A stretch of DNA of 35,187 nucleotides, taken from positions 16,479 through 51,665 of the forward strand of contig WELB01000024.1 of the NCBI GenBank assembly GCA_009602725.1, given 5' to 3'. Under the pieces are notes generated by a model that saw only the letters and a program-made list of their open reading frames with translations, did no database searches and was not told the origin of the DNA. The stretch comes from Spirogloea muscicola. Its lineage: Eukaryota. The translations under genes were made by a program, and so were the position numbers. This document shows positions 12,012 to 24,375 of this stretch, piece by piece (the stretch's first letter is position 1; each line of letters starts with the position of its first letter).

Positions 12012-14257
12012 GGTGGTCGCCTGATGATACAAGCTGATTGGGCTCACCAAGAGTCTGCCTTCAGAATCCAATCGATTGCCTGTTGCAACGGAGATAAAGG
12101 GCATCAGTGTCAGAAACAGTCATGATCTTTAAGTACATCGCTCATAACGCATCCCGTCTTTGATGGTTGACTTAAGTACACCATTGTATTGGTGCTCCCA
12201 GTGCCTTACAATTGCAATTGGCAGGCTTGTAGATCATAAAGGCATGCTGCACCAGTTGCAGATAGGTATGTACCAGTATTTTCGCTGTATGCCACTAAGG
12301 AGATGGAGAACCACCTTGTAGCCCATACAGGTGCTCCTGACAGGATCAGCTGCTACTCCATCATGATTACGTGGCCTGTCATGATACAAAGACTTGGCCT
12401 TGCTACGGCCAATTCAGCCTTGCTTGCCAGGCATCTCCCTGCAGCAAAACACATGAGCTTAATATGCACCACACTGATACAGTGGTGCCCACCCATCTAG
12501 CCCTGTCTGTGCTATCCAGACTGCCCTTAATTGAACATGGCAATCTCGTCTGAGATGCCATGGCTATACCAGTTTTGCCGGCCATGCATGCTCCCCACAT
12601 ACTGCCGCCAGCAGCCCATCAGAGGGAGTAACAGTAATGGGCTTTCTCCGGGACCTGCACTGTTGTGGCCGGCAGGAGCCTAAATGCCATTATCATCAGC
12701 GTTCTGACATCTTAGCTTCATCTTTAGGCAGTTTCTTTTAAGCTGTGGTGATTCTGTTCGCGGCAGTGGCATGCCGATACTTGCATATGAAAGTCAGGGC
12801 ACCAATGAGCTCCATCAACCACAAATGAACAGCTGGGGAGAAGGAGTACTATTGGCAACTTCTGCACGGCTGCAGGGCTACATACGGATACTGACAACAG
12901 CTTGAAATGTTTGACAAGTCAGTGAGTGTACAACGTGAAGTATGGGCAGAGATAAGTGCAAGTATTTGCGGTGTCTCTCTCATAGCCTGGAGATGCTGAG
13001 CACAAATATTGGTATGTACAGGACTTCTGATCAAAGTCAACTAGGCGTATATTAAAGCTTTAGATTTACCAAGTGCCACTGTACTTGCTGCAGAAGTGAA
13101 TTTGCTACCTTGACGTCTAAAAAAGCTGGTGATTTAAACGTTCTGTGCAATGGCGGTATCTATCACACCTGTGCTCCCGGTGTCAGGCAAAGCACTGTAC
13201 ACAAAGCAAGTGTTGGGCGTGTTTACCAAATGCTGTCATCGTATTGTTTTAGAACCCTGTCTTGAATCATCCAGCAAGTTAGCAATGTTAGCCACGTTAT
13301 CCTGATCGGTGCAACTTCGAGTAGAGGCTTCTGGCAGTCTTTACTGGCTGTCAGTGCATAGCTTTAGAAGTAATCTTCCGTTTCTTATATTGAGGTCCAG
13401 ATGGCACACACCATGTGGGGTCTGAGTGGAACAGCCCTGATCCTCTGTCTTGGGCCTATGCTGACAAGGACAGCCAGGGCCTTCTCCATTGGTAGCCCTC
13501 CATTCTACCAGCGCAGTGCAAGCAGCAACTTTTCTTTAAGTACCACAGGGCATGTGGCTGGCTGGTGATTAACAAGCTTGCATTATCCGTCTGATTAGTC
13601 AACCTAAGTTCCGTTAGCAAGATTCTCAAGGCATGAGCAGGTTCTTGTTGCCTGTGGTTATTCATGACTGTATATTGATATTAATGCACTTGCTACTGCT
13701 TTCAGTAAGGTGTTTCCAAGCAGTCGAGACTTGACCATGTCTTAATCACCTCGTATGGGTAACAGTACCTGAACGTGCCCAAGAGGCATCCTCGAGCAAT
13801 ATCTTTGATGTGTAAAGCAGTCGGGCAGGGCCTTCTGTCAAAGCCGTCAGCCTCCACATTCACTGTCTATGGCAGCAGCAAAGGTTACCTCATCCATAAT
13901 CAAGCTGTCTTTCTACTTGACAAAGCTGACCTGAATGTTTGGCCAGCTTCACATCCAAAACCCGCTCAGACCAGTCTACTACTTTGGTATGTCGGACGAC
14001 TTGCCTCCTTATGCTTGCAGGAAACTCAAATATCTGATCAAAGTCTCAAGCTTATGTGAAGGCATTGCACTGCTGCCACTGCGCATGTACAGTAGCCACT
14101 GTATTACCGAGAAACTGATCCATTCCTGCTCGATCCAGGCTCACAGAGTAAGCAAATGTAGGCTTTCTCTGAAAAGTCCTGCGAGCTAGAGAGACCAAGG
14201 GCCAACAGCGCTGCCTTTATCATCAAGTACAAGGCCTCGTGCTTATTTAGCGCCCTA

Positions 14258-17200
14258 TTAGAACACCATGCAGTGGTAATTGCTGCAGGAGCAGTCATGG
14301 CCAGGAGGAGGTTCTGTTCGGCAGAAGCAACCAAAACCATCCTGCGATGGGCATCTCCCTCCTCCATCGCAATAGCTGCAACAGTCTGAGTCGCATGTTG
14401 GATCACCGCAGAGGCTGTTGACCGGCTTGTAGCGGTCGAGCTTGCAGAATCCCTTGCTGGAGAAAGATTTGGCACCTTGTCAATACTGCTGGCTGTAACT
14501 TGTGCAGAGTGGTATTCAGAATTGACAGCTTGACATTGCGACTATTAATGAGCATCAATGGGCTCGAACGTCAACCAAGATCAGCAGATGCGGATATTCA
14601 TAACTTGAGGTGAGCCCATTGCAGATAGCAAGTATCAGATGTATGTGGTTGCTAAAGATTGGCATGCAAGCATGCCAAGACCTCCTTCCATACCTGCACT
14701 TCCCGCTGACGCAATCGGGGTGGTACTCTGTGTTAATTGCAGTGGTATTGCAGGAAGTGCCATCTGCCAACAGCTTCAACGTGCACTTGCCATTCCTGTA
14801 AAATTGACCTCCAGCCAACTAGTGTCAGTTGTTCACAACTGGACCCTGATCAAGTGCACAATCTAGCAAGGCAGAGGTGCAGCGAGCGAGAATCAAGGAA
14901 GATTCATGATCTTGGCTGGAAGACATGATTGTCTTTAAATTGGAAATAGCATGATACCCATACAGCTCACAAGACCTGATTCCTACATGCAGGAAGCGGT
15001 GGCACAGCCTTTGTGAGCAGCAAAAGGGTATCCAGGGTCCATGGCACGTGTGCAACTAGCACCATCTGAAAGCGGGGCAATCTTGGCACATGTGCCATTC
15101 CTGAGGGATGATCACCTTGAGCAAGTGGTGAACAACTGCTGCTGTGGAGGAATAATCAGATCAAAGCGCTCAAAGCAGGTGGCACTTTCTGCTAGTACAC
15201 AGGCACATACGACTGGTCTGCATACAAGCCCAAGCATTTGCATGATTGTCACCAACCTCGGTGGGAAGGGAGGATGTACCTGCACTTCTGAGTGCTGCAA
15301 AAATCGTTGCCAGAAATGTAGTCACAGGATGTATTAGCTGTTGCAGTGTAGTTGTAGAGGCAATGTCCAGCAGCACTGCCGACATCATATGTCATTGATT
15401 TTAGTGCCTGGGAAGAGCAAAAGCCTATGGAAGGATGCATGCTTTGAAGTCCATGAGTACATAGCCCATGAATACTGTAGATGCAGCGTCATTTGTAACC
15501 TTATGATCAGCAATTGCAGTCTTACTCGCAAGTCCCTTTCAACTTGCACTGGAAGTTCTGGTAGAAGTCATCATGCCGAACATATTCACATGAAGAACCA
15601 GCGGTACGGAAGCCACTGAGTGTACAGGACCCATTTCTGGGCCACCAAGCCAGCAACTAAAATCACGAGCATGCATAGCACTTACTCCTTGATGCTGAAT
15701 GCCAGATGACTTCAGAGCACATCTTCTGTATGGATTTGAGGTCCAACATTCTAAGGTCTGTGTCCCGCCAAGCTTAATTCACCAGATAAGTGGGTGCTCA
15801 CGCTTGGCAGACAGCGTTATAGCAACCCGGGTTGAGAGTTGGATCCTCCACGAAGCTACATGCTGAAATGTAGGGGTTGAGGGGACCTCGCACGCATGAA
15901 CCATTCGTGCTGCGATATGCAAGAACACCACACTAAGTACATAGCATAGGTTGCATGTATGCTTCACTGAGCATGTCATTGCTCAGAGTACTCGTGTTGC
16001 TATAAGTGCATGTAATCTATAGCACGGCTGGTAACCCCGGGTACAAGATGGACTTGGTTGGCAGTCATACTTGCAAATATAGTTGTTACAAGTCTCAACA
16101 GACAGCTCCTCTTCATAGCATAAATTCCCGCCTGGATTTCCAGGAACTGGAATGCACTTGCCATGGCTGCCATAACCAACTCAGTGAGAGATTTATCAAG
16201 CTGCATGCTGTCACGTCAAACACTTATACACAAGTAAAAGCTCAACGTCCTGTATGAGTCCTGTATTGAGCCCTGTATGAGCACAACTTCATTTTGGGTC
16301 TACTACCAGTTTAGAGTCCCAAGGTCCAGTAAGAAGAGGTTCTCACGAGTCACAAGTTGCGGTATTGCAGAAGAAATCTGCCCCTGTGGAAGAGACATAG
16401 CAATTTTTGGCCTCGTAGAGCTCTGTCTGGCAGGTATTGTTGCTGCCAGCGCAGATGTCACAAGTAGCGCCAGTCAGATGTATTGCCAGGCTCATAGGAG
16501 CAGTGCAGCTGCATACTGCAGAACAGAAGCAGAGGAGCTTACACACAGTGGTTGTAGCCGCAGTTGGGATCTGGGTAGCCCATGCCGTACTCACAAGCCG
16601 CGAAGTCATCGCCAATGCAATCTGTGGAGGAGGTTGGTGACAAATACTGCCTGCACTCTTAGATAGTGCTTTAGCGGAGTCTCTCCAGAGCACAACATGC
16701 TCCTTGCACTATCTAAGTTCCACTCAGCATTTGTTGCTCAATTGCACGGGTGATGCTTACAACGAGTATTTTTGTAGAAGGAGCCGCACTCTTGTGCTGA
16801 TTTCTGACCAAAAGAGTTGGCTCCAAAGCAATTCAGAAGGAAACGTGTATTGACGTGTGGAGCTGTGATGAGCGGTTGTGGACCATTCAGGTAGTTCGAG
16901 GATACATCGAGTATGTTCAATCCTGTCTGGTTGACGAGCTTCTTGATTGCAGCAGGGAAGGGCCCACTGAGGCTGTTCATTGACAGATTACTGCACCACA
17001 GGAAGAGGTGATGTCATTAGCGAATGTTGTCAACTTTGATGAAGTGATAAGAGGTGAAGCGTACAGGCGTGAGCAAGGTCTAGCCAGGTGAAGCAATGGA
17101 AGGGTGCCCAATTGTATGGTGAAAGCATGCTCCTGGCTACTCAAGGGACACCGATGATGCAGTTGTGCACGACAAGCATTCAACACAACCCAAAGATTGT

Positions 17201-20200
17201 ACACGAAGCAATTGAAGCCAGAGCATGTAAGCTGCTCGTGATGGATACGAGATAAGCGTTGTCCCTCACAGTTTCTTTAGCGCAGTCAGGTCACCGAACT
17301 TTGCAGGAATAGGGCCTGCCAAATTGTTATGGTACAAGTACCTGGAGACAGGGCTTCTCCTTGATTACCAGTACAAGTTTTGAGAACCCCTGCAAACGAG
17401 TATCTGACTACTACTCGAGTATTGGTCTTATGCTGCATCTATGGCATCCTGCTTGTATTCAATATGACCATCAAGGCAATTCTGCAGCATGTGAAGGCAA
17501 CACATAGACATGGCGGCACTGGGCAAGCCCCTTGGCATTTTTTCATGGGTGTACAATCATACAGACAATCAGCGTACATGATCCCAAGTTTTCTTAGGCT
17601 GCCCAGGTTGGTGGGGATGCTACCAGTCAGCATGTTCATGGAAAGGTCCCTGCATGCACGCACTAAAATGTTCAGCTTGAGTACTGCAAAAAGACACGCC
17701 TTCAAATTCAAGAAGAGGTTCACATTATTACTTTCATACCATACCATGCACACTGAGCACTGTGAATGTTATTACTGTTCCCGGTGCCATGATTGTTACA
17801 AAGGGACTGCAAGCCTTCCCACATAAAGCAAATTCAAAGCTTGTCAAGCGTAAGAGAGCTAGAGAGAGAGAATGTACAAGACAGTAAGATTGACGATTCT
17901 GCCAATGCCATTGGTGATGCTGCCGGTGAGCTTGTTTCTTGCAATTTGTCTGTGCAGATATAATCAGTACTGCAACGGTGTTACTCACAGAAGGCTGGTG
18001 AGTTGGGAACCAACTCAATCTGCAATGGTAATGTCAGCACTAGAACAATGCATTCTCTGACATCCTAAATTACAAATATTGTAGGTGCACTGACAGCTTC
18101 GAGAGATGTGTCAATTTCTCCAGCCCAGAGGGAATGAGTCCTGTGAACCGGTTGTTGTCAACAATGCTGCTCAGAAGAGGTACGATTAACAGTGCGCTCA
18201 GTCAATCAATCCTTTCGTAGACAATGGCGATGACCGACAGCTTGTCTGAGTATTAACAGGGGATGACTCCATGCTGGGCGATGATATGCTCTTTGACTGG
18301 TACACGATGCACATCACGGATTGATTTGCAGCCATCATACTATGACCAGGTTATTATTATACCCACGCCTTCGTCTAACTGCATTCTAACATTATGTGAC
18401 GTTATTGTAGGGTGTCATAGGATAGTCACGGGCGGAAATTACAAGATAACAAGAGATGAGAGGTTGTTGATCGCTGTTGGTATGCTCCCTTCCATCTGGT
18501 TGTTGGCAAGATGACTTCATGCACCAGTTGCAGCCACTTGAGGAATGTCTCAGCACTCTTGATTGTTTCAAAAGTGGGGTTGATTGCTGAAGCATGCAGA
18601 ACATCTTTTGTTGACATATTATTCTGAGATTGCCATCTTCCTTGAGCACTCACATGAGTTCCAGCTTGGCTAAGCGACCAATCGTCAGAGGTATGGATCC
18701 TGTGAGCATGTTGTTATCAACATTCCTGCATGGACGTCGTCAACTGCTTAAATGGATATCGACATGTATAAGGAGCTACTTGTACTAAAATATTGGAAAT
18801 GAGAAGCTTGAATATGCTTCAGTCAAGGCACTTGAAATACTTATGCAGTGAGAAGGACTAAATGGCTAGATGGTGCACACTTGAGAAACAAGTAGTAGTT
18901 ATGTGGTTGTGATACCTACAGCAGGACAAGGTTGAGGAGATTCCCAATAGTGGTTGGAAGAGGTCCCTTCAGCAGGTTGTCCTGCAGGTGTCTGTGTTAT
19001 CGTACCACGGAGGCATCGTAAGTCTGCCATCCGCAAGGCTTCGGACTTTCTGATTTAATTTGTCATTTCTACAAGCTTTCGACCCAGCACTGACCACTGC
19101 TGAAGCCCCTCAGGTGGGAGGACATCACTAGTGAGAAGAGACACAACACAGTGACAACAATCCAGTCAAGTTGACCTATTTGTAATGTGAGTATGTATTG
19201 ACAACTGGCCCGAAATGAAATTACTTTCACACATTCCTGGCCCAGGTAGTCCTCGGAGCATACAGTGTGACAAGATTGCTCAGGTTGCCAACACTGGGAG
19301 CAATGGTCCCATTCAACTTCAGGCCTGCTAACTCCCTGCAGACAGGCAACAAGCAGAATTGAACCTACAGGGTGTCACACAGATGAACGTCAATCAGCCC
19401 TGCCATCAAGCTAGACTTGGTTGAAACACCAGAGGAGCCGCAATGGCGGCCCACATGTCACCAAGGTCAACAAAGCTGGCTTTGCAGCTTACAAGATTGA
19501 TACCCTGTTTGTGGAATCGCAGGAGACTCCGAGCCAGCCAGAGCATGGGTTGGACCCCGTCCATGAAGAAAGAAGTGGAGGGTTCAGGAATTTTGCTTTG
19601 AGGTCCAGAAGTACGCCAGCTGCATATCTTTGACAGAAAGTAACCCTATCAGAGAAGCAACCCAGTGGTACAAGCCCTTGGTCTCCGAACAAGCAAGCCT
19701 GGTGTGGCGTCATGTACGAGCGGGCCAACTCACAGTCTGGATTGACTGGCAGAAGGAGTCGCTGTCTTGATTCCTGGCCTTGCACTGCTGGTCCCTGGTG
19801 CCACAAAAAGTGAGCCAGCACTCAGCCAGCCGTAGCATGACAAGTGACACCAGCCTTGTGAGGTAGTAATTGCTTCCGATGCAACTAGAACAGAGATACA
19901 TCTGATGTTTTATGTTGAGAGCCACCAGCCGCAGAGGTGGATGTACTACAGAAAGTGAGGCTTAAGCAGGTAGGAGTGCTAAATCACAGTAAAGCAAAGG
20001 TTCGATATGTACAAGAAGGGTGCAAGCAGAGAGACTGAGATTGACGTGTTTGCTAACAGACTTTGCTTGGACATGATTGGTGCAAACCAGTGACTCAAGA
20101 CGCCAACCACTTGATGTGACGCCTTCAGCATCTGCAAAGAACTGGAACAACAAAGTCACATTGAATCCTGTGCTACAATGCTCGCTGCATAAAGACGTGG

Positions 20201-20417
20201 ATGTGCAGGAAAGAGCACGAAGAAGTGCGAGTCAAGGAGTGCGGGCAAGCACATATGTGGACTTGTGTATCTCTCTCTATCTGTCTCTCTGTTTTTCCCC
20301 TCTTTGCGTGCAATATAGGCGCTTGCTCGCACTCCTTGCGAGAAATACACACAGAGGGATAGAGAGAGAGAGAAAGGGGGGGAGAGAGGGAGAGAGAGAG
20401 AGACAGAGAGAGAGAGA

Positions 20418-20505
<88 letters not shown>

Positions 20506-20863
20506 NGCCAGGGCCCGGCTGGGCGGCCCGCGCTCGGGCGTGCGGTAGCAGTGCTGCTCCCGGCGGCTCCAGCACGCCGCGTACTCGCTGTCGGCCCCCG
20601 GCGAAGCCTCCCGCGGGCGGCGCGCCCACGCCTGCCACTCGGGCGACTCCACGCCGCCGCTGGCCTCGCAGTCTGCGCCAACACGGCGGCGGGGCCGTCA
20701 GCTGCGGAGCTCCAGGGCCAAGGCGGTGCGGCGACGGCCGAGGATTACCGGCTAGATGGGGCTCGAGGTCGGCGTCGGCATCTGCATCGGGAGCTGCGTA
20801 GGGCTCCGGATCGCCGGCGGCGGCGGCGGCGGCGAGGAGCGCGGCGAGCAGCAGCGGCGCCAT
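14258..20863 (-). CDS. Secreted protein: signal peptide + LRRNT cap + ~10 plant-type LRRs + Cys cap + eight 4-Cys repeats + 12-Cys tail; 22 exons, ~717 aa
   Basis: Signal peptide MAPLLLAALLAAAAAAG; LRRNT LLDLKAKF...LSSWTGSNPCSGWLGVSC; LRRs of the LxxNxLxGxIPxxIGxLxxL type. Exons on the minus strand: 20863-20749, 20131-20088, 19794-19734, 19619-19493; eight 72-nt LRR exons 19335-19264, 18991-18920, 18725-18654, 18514-18443, 18166-18095, 17949-17878, 17649-17578, 17341-17270; then 16990-16761; Cys exons 16621-16543, 16442-16347, 16166-16071, 15909-15802, 15636-15526, 15375-15280, 15100-14987, 14795-14694, 14456-14258. Total 2154 nt, open throughout. Exons 1-3 are less certain, and exon 1 lies beyond the N at 20506. 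Confidence 0.85.
20361..20505. repeat. (AG)n/(CT)n microsatellite in intron 1 of the LRR gene, ending at an assembly N (20506)
   Basis: Directly visible AG dinucleotide run with a few interruptions. It produces the spurious RE/SL-repeat ORFs in the ORF track. Confidence 0.95.
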
Positions 20864-21194
20864 GGCGGAGCCGCGGGCGGCGGCGATGGTGGCGGGCGGG
20901 GGAAGTGGACTTCCTGATTCAAAAGATGGAGGGCTCGGTGGGGCGGGTGTCGAGGCGGGCGGGGAACCGGGTTTTTCCTGCGGGCGGGGTCGCAGGCGCT
21001 GTCCGGAGTCCCGTTCAGCCGCACGATGGTCGCATCCGGCGGCTCAAAGCACGCGGCAGCACGCCCAGCCGGCCTGCCGGCCCTCGATTCCCGGCGACAG
21101 ACTCGGGCCGGCCAGCCGGGCATTGCTGTTTAGGGTTTCAGGTCTACAATTCAGGCTTAAGGTCTAGGGTTTGTATCGGCCGCCGCGTGGCAGC

Positions 21195-21576
21195 CCGTGA
21201 TGGGATCCTTTAATCGGCTGCGCCATCCGGCGTGCCGTTAAAGCGGCGCCATGGCGACAGCGGGGCCGGAGCCGTTGACGCCGGCCCCGGGTCGCACCGC
21301 CGTAGATCCCCAAATCGCTTCCAGGTTCCGTGATCGAAACACGATCCGCGGTACCCGGCGTGCCGTAAAGGCAGCGCCTAGCGACAATGGGGCCGGGCCG
21401 GGTAACGCCGTCCCCGGAAGACCGTGGATCCCTACGTGTGTCTACGTTCCGTGATGGAATCTCAACCGTCTGCGGCATCCGGCGTGCCGTCAAGACTGCG
21501 CCTGGCGGCACCGGGGTCGGATCGGGTGACGCCGACCCCAGGCCGCACCGCCTCGCTCCCCACGTACGCCCAGGTT
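21195..21576. repeat. Three degenerate ~121-133 bp tandem units, each with a CCGGCGTGCCGT core and an 8-bp GC hairpin
   Basis: Units start with CCGTGAT at 21195, 21328 and 21449. The identical core lies at 21227, 21355 and 21479, and the hairpins at 21262-21288, 21389-21415 and 21513-21539. Confidence 0.85.
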
Positions 21577-21677
21577 ACCCGCCGTCGACCGCCGGCGCCG
21601 CTCGCTAGCGCAGGTGTACCGGATGCGCTTGGCCGAATCGCTGCAGCGGTCAACGTCCCGCGCGCTGCACCTGCGGG

Positions 21678-22413
21678 CCGGCAGAGCCCTCGCTGCTGCC
21701 TCTGGCTCTGGCCAGGGGACCCACTTCCAGGAGCCTAGCGTCTCTGACCTGAGGCTGCTTAGCAGGGGTTACTGAGTGATCCGTAGCTACTTCGTTTGTT
21801 TGTGTGCTTGTTTTCCTTAGCGCTTCCCCTGGCCTCCTTCTCGTCCTTTGTCGATTCTTTTTTGGGCTGGCTTTTCCAGCCCCTATTCTCAATGGGCGAG
21901 CACTTTCTTTCTCTCTGCACCGCAGTCCCACCCCAACCGGACGTACTGAGCGTTCCCTGGCTGATGTCTTGGTCCTAGTCCTTCGTACTCCGGCTCCTTC
22001 AGACCTTGTCCATTCCTTTGGGCTGGCCTTTCCCAGCGACCAGTCAATCTGGCCGCGCTGGCCGAAGTGGAACTAGCGTCACACCGACACCTTAGCCACT
22101 TTGAGATGTGGCTTCCTGATGTTGTTATACTGTGGCGCACCGCACCACTCTTCCGCTGCCGCCCCAGGAGCCGAAGATCCAGGGGAATCACCCGCGGGCT
22201 CGCGACAGCCGCCGATTATCCGTGCCATCCGATCGGACGGCGGCCGCGCGTCCCGGCCCGAGCTGCCCGAAGGGGCACGGCCGGCGACTGTGGTTGTCGA
22301 CCAGGAGTATTGCTTCCATTCGCAGGTGTCACGAGCATCCCTTTCGTCTTCTGCGCCTCTTAGCCCCGTCGAGACCTATCCATGCCCTTCGAGCTGGCCT
22401 TCTATAACCATCG
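21678..22413 (-). repeat. Copy 1 of a dispersed repeat, inverted relative to 33998-34845; possible transposon-derived sequence or TIR
   Basis: 21678-21735 is the exact reverse complement of 34788-34845 (58 nt). High identity continues to ~21909, with patchy matches (GTCACAC...ACCTTAGCCAC, GCGCACCGC, CTGGCCT...CCATCG) out to ~22413. Confidence 0.8.
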
Positions 22414-24375
22414 CTCTACTCTGCAGCGCTGAATTTTTCTCTTCTGCCCATCTTAAGCCTACGGCTTCATTTACGTTTAGCCCCAATATTTGAATTATAC
22501 TTGAAGTAGCTTCTTCTGTGGGCTGGCTTCGCACAGCCCTCGGCCCCACTGGGAGCGCACCGTCTTCTTTGCATGAACAATGCACCCCTGCTGGCCTGAC
22601 AACGCACTGCCCTGCGCAGGAGTGTCGATGAGGGTCAAGCGACGAGCACACATACTGCCAGAGGATGTTCGTGCCTCAAAACTCCTCAACCACGACCATA
22701 GCAACAGCAGCCAAGTCTTGACAATGTGCGCCATATGCCACTAGTATTGGTAGTTTAGCAGCAATGTGACTACTGGAGTGCGAGTGCCCAGCCGTCACCA
22801 GCTCCACTAACAACCACATCTCCATGATGTTGACAACCTTATAAGGCACCTGCAAAGCGTGGTATGCATGCTTATGCTGATGGGGGTCAGTTTCAGCCTC
22901 TCGCTTTGCCACGGCACAGGCAGAGCTACTCTGTGAAGCAAGCCGTCTAGTTGGAGACTTGGCGTTCTGCTCTCAGCCAACTTGTGTCTCTTGGGTTGTC
23001 TACTACAAGTACAGTTGCGGTCTTGACCAATACATTCCTCTGCTATAGCAAAGTGCACGTGTGGGCTTGGTTATCTGGATGTACATCAATGAAGATGTGC
23101 GCAATTCAGTAGCTAATGCTTGACCACAAGGAGAAAGTGTGCAATATGGGTAACTACCCAAAAGCATAATTTGTGATCTTTTCATGATCTTTTCTTTGGC
23201 ATGGCAATGCACAGCAGGAATATGCTCTTGTAGTCTTAGCAAACTCAGTGCCAATTGCCAAGACTATGTTTTACAATCAACCACAAGCCTGGAAGTGCGC
23301 AGTCAGAGAGGAGGCAGAGGGCCGAATAGGGCGAGGCTTGAGTTTCACAATTGCAGTGATTCATTGCATTTGTGTCCACCTCGTCAGACTCGAAGACAAC
23401 ATGTTCACAACATGGACATTTCCGGTCCTGCCATAAGTACCAGGCTAACAGCTGCAGCTATTGCCCCTCTGTAGAGCTGGTGACAGTGTTGTTACATATG
23501 TCATTGCAAGGGTTCCAACAGCAGGTTCGTGCTCATAATGTGCATCGACTTCCTGGATCAGGGGCATGAAACATGTTACACATGAATGCTGATCTGCAGG
23601 AGACCATGCAAGGCAAAGAACCGAGACTGCTGTTATTGATATGACATCACTGTGTGCCTCACCTGGTTCTACTTGCAGACTGGACATATCAGCAAGTCAT
23701 CATGTGTAGTTTATTCTGGATTGTCGCAGAGCTGCGGCATGAATCAGAAAAGGGGGCCCGCACAAGCAGCACTAGCTCTAACAGCAAGCTGGCACTGCCA
23801 AGACAGTACTATAAACTTAGAAGCAGGCGGATGGGAGCACACTGAGAAGTGCATGTACCTCACATATATCAATACAATGTATGTTATGAGCAATCATCCT
23901 TTTGAACACAAATATATGTAGCAGACAGTTGGAGCAACTTGCTGTCATTTGATTGACACCTGCAGGATCAACTTCGTCAAGGAATGGGTGATCAGCAACC
24001 ACTCAAAGCTTATCTGCCTGTATGCCAACACAATGCTACTTGTAGCACATACACAGCCACTATCTTATTGAGGCACCCCCAAACACAAGTCCTCATAACG
24101 TTTGGCTTTGACTTCTATGACATGCATGCCATGCATGCGGGCATCCGCGAAGATTAAGCAGAAGTCAACGGCCCTTGTTTACACATTATGTATGTCAAGG
24201 GTGTATACATGACATTGTGGCCCTGCATCTCTTTGTTTCTGCTCAATGAACAGACTAAGGAACAAATGCTGAGAAGTCAAAAAATTGTTTGGATATAGTA
24301 AGTGGGCTAAAAAAGGGAAAAGGAAGGAAGTGAGCAACCCAAGAGTGTGTGATAATGGGAAGACCTGCTAAATTG

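Noticed and set aside
12012..14257. Possible hidden gene between DBR1 and the LRR gene
   Set aside because: Only scattered splice-like signals and short ORFs. No consistent frame or recognisable protein could be assembled.
20077..21213. 378-aa ORF with an RERERE run, and the antisense SLSLSL ORFs
   Set aside because: These are translations of the (AG)n microsatellite and GC-rich promoter DNA across an N. Only 20863-20749 and 20131-20088 (-) fit a gene model.
21195..21576. CRISPR-like interpretation of the repeat array
   Set aside because: The context is eukaryotic, there are no cas genes, and the sequences between the conserved cores are homologous to each other rather than unique spacers.
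22414..24375. Possible gene downstream of HDA15
   Set aside because: Exon-like snippets (e.g. ~23966-24019) could not be linked into a credible ORF. Left unassigned.
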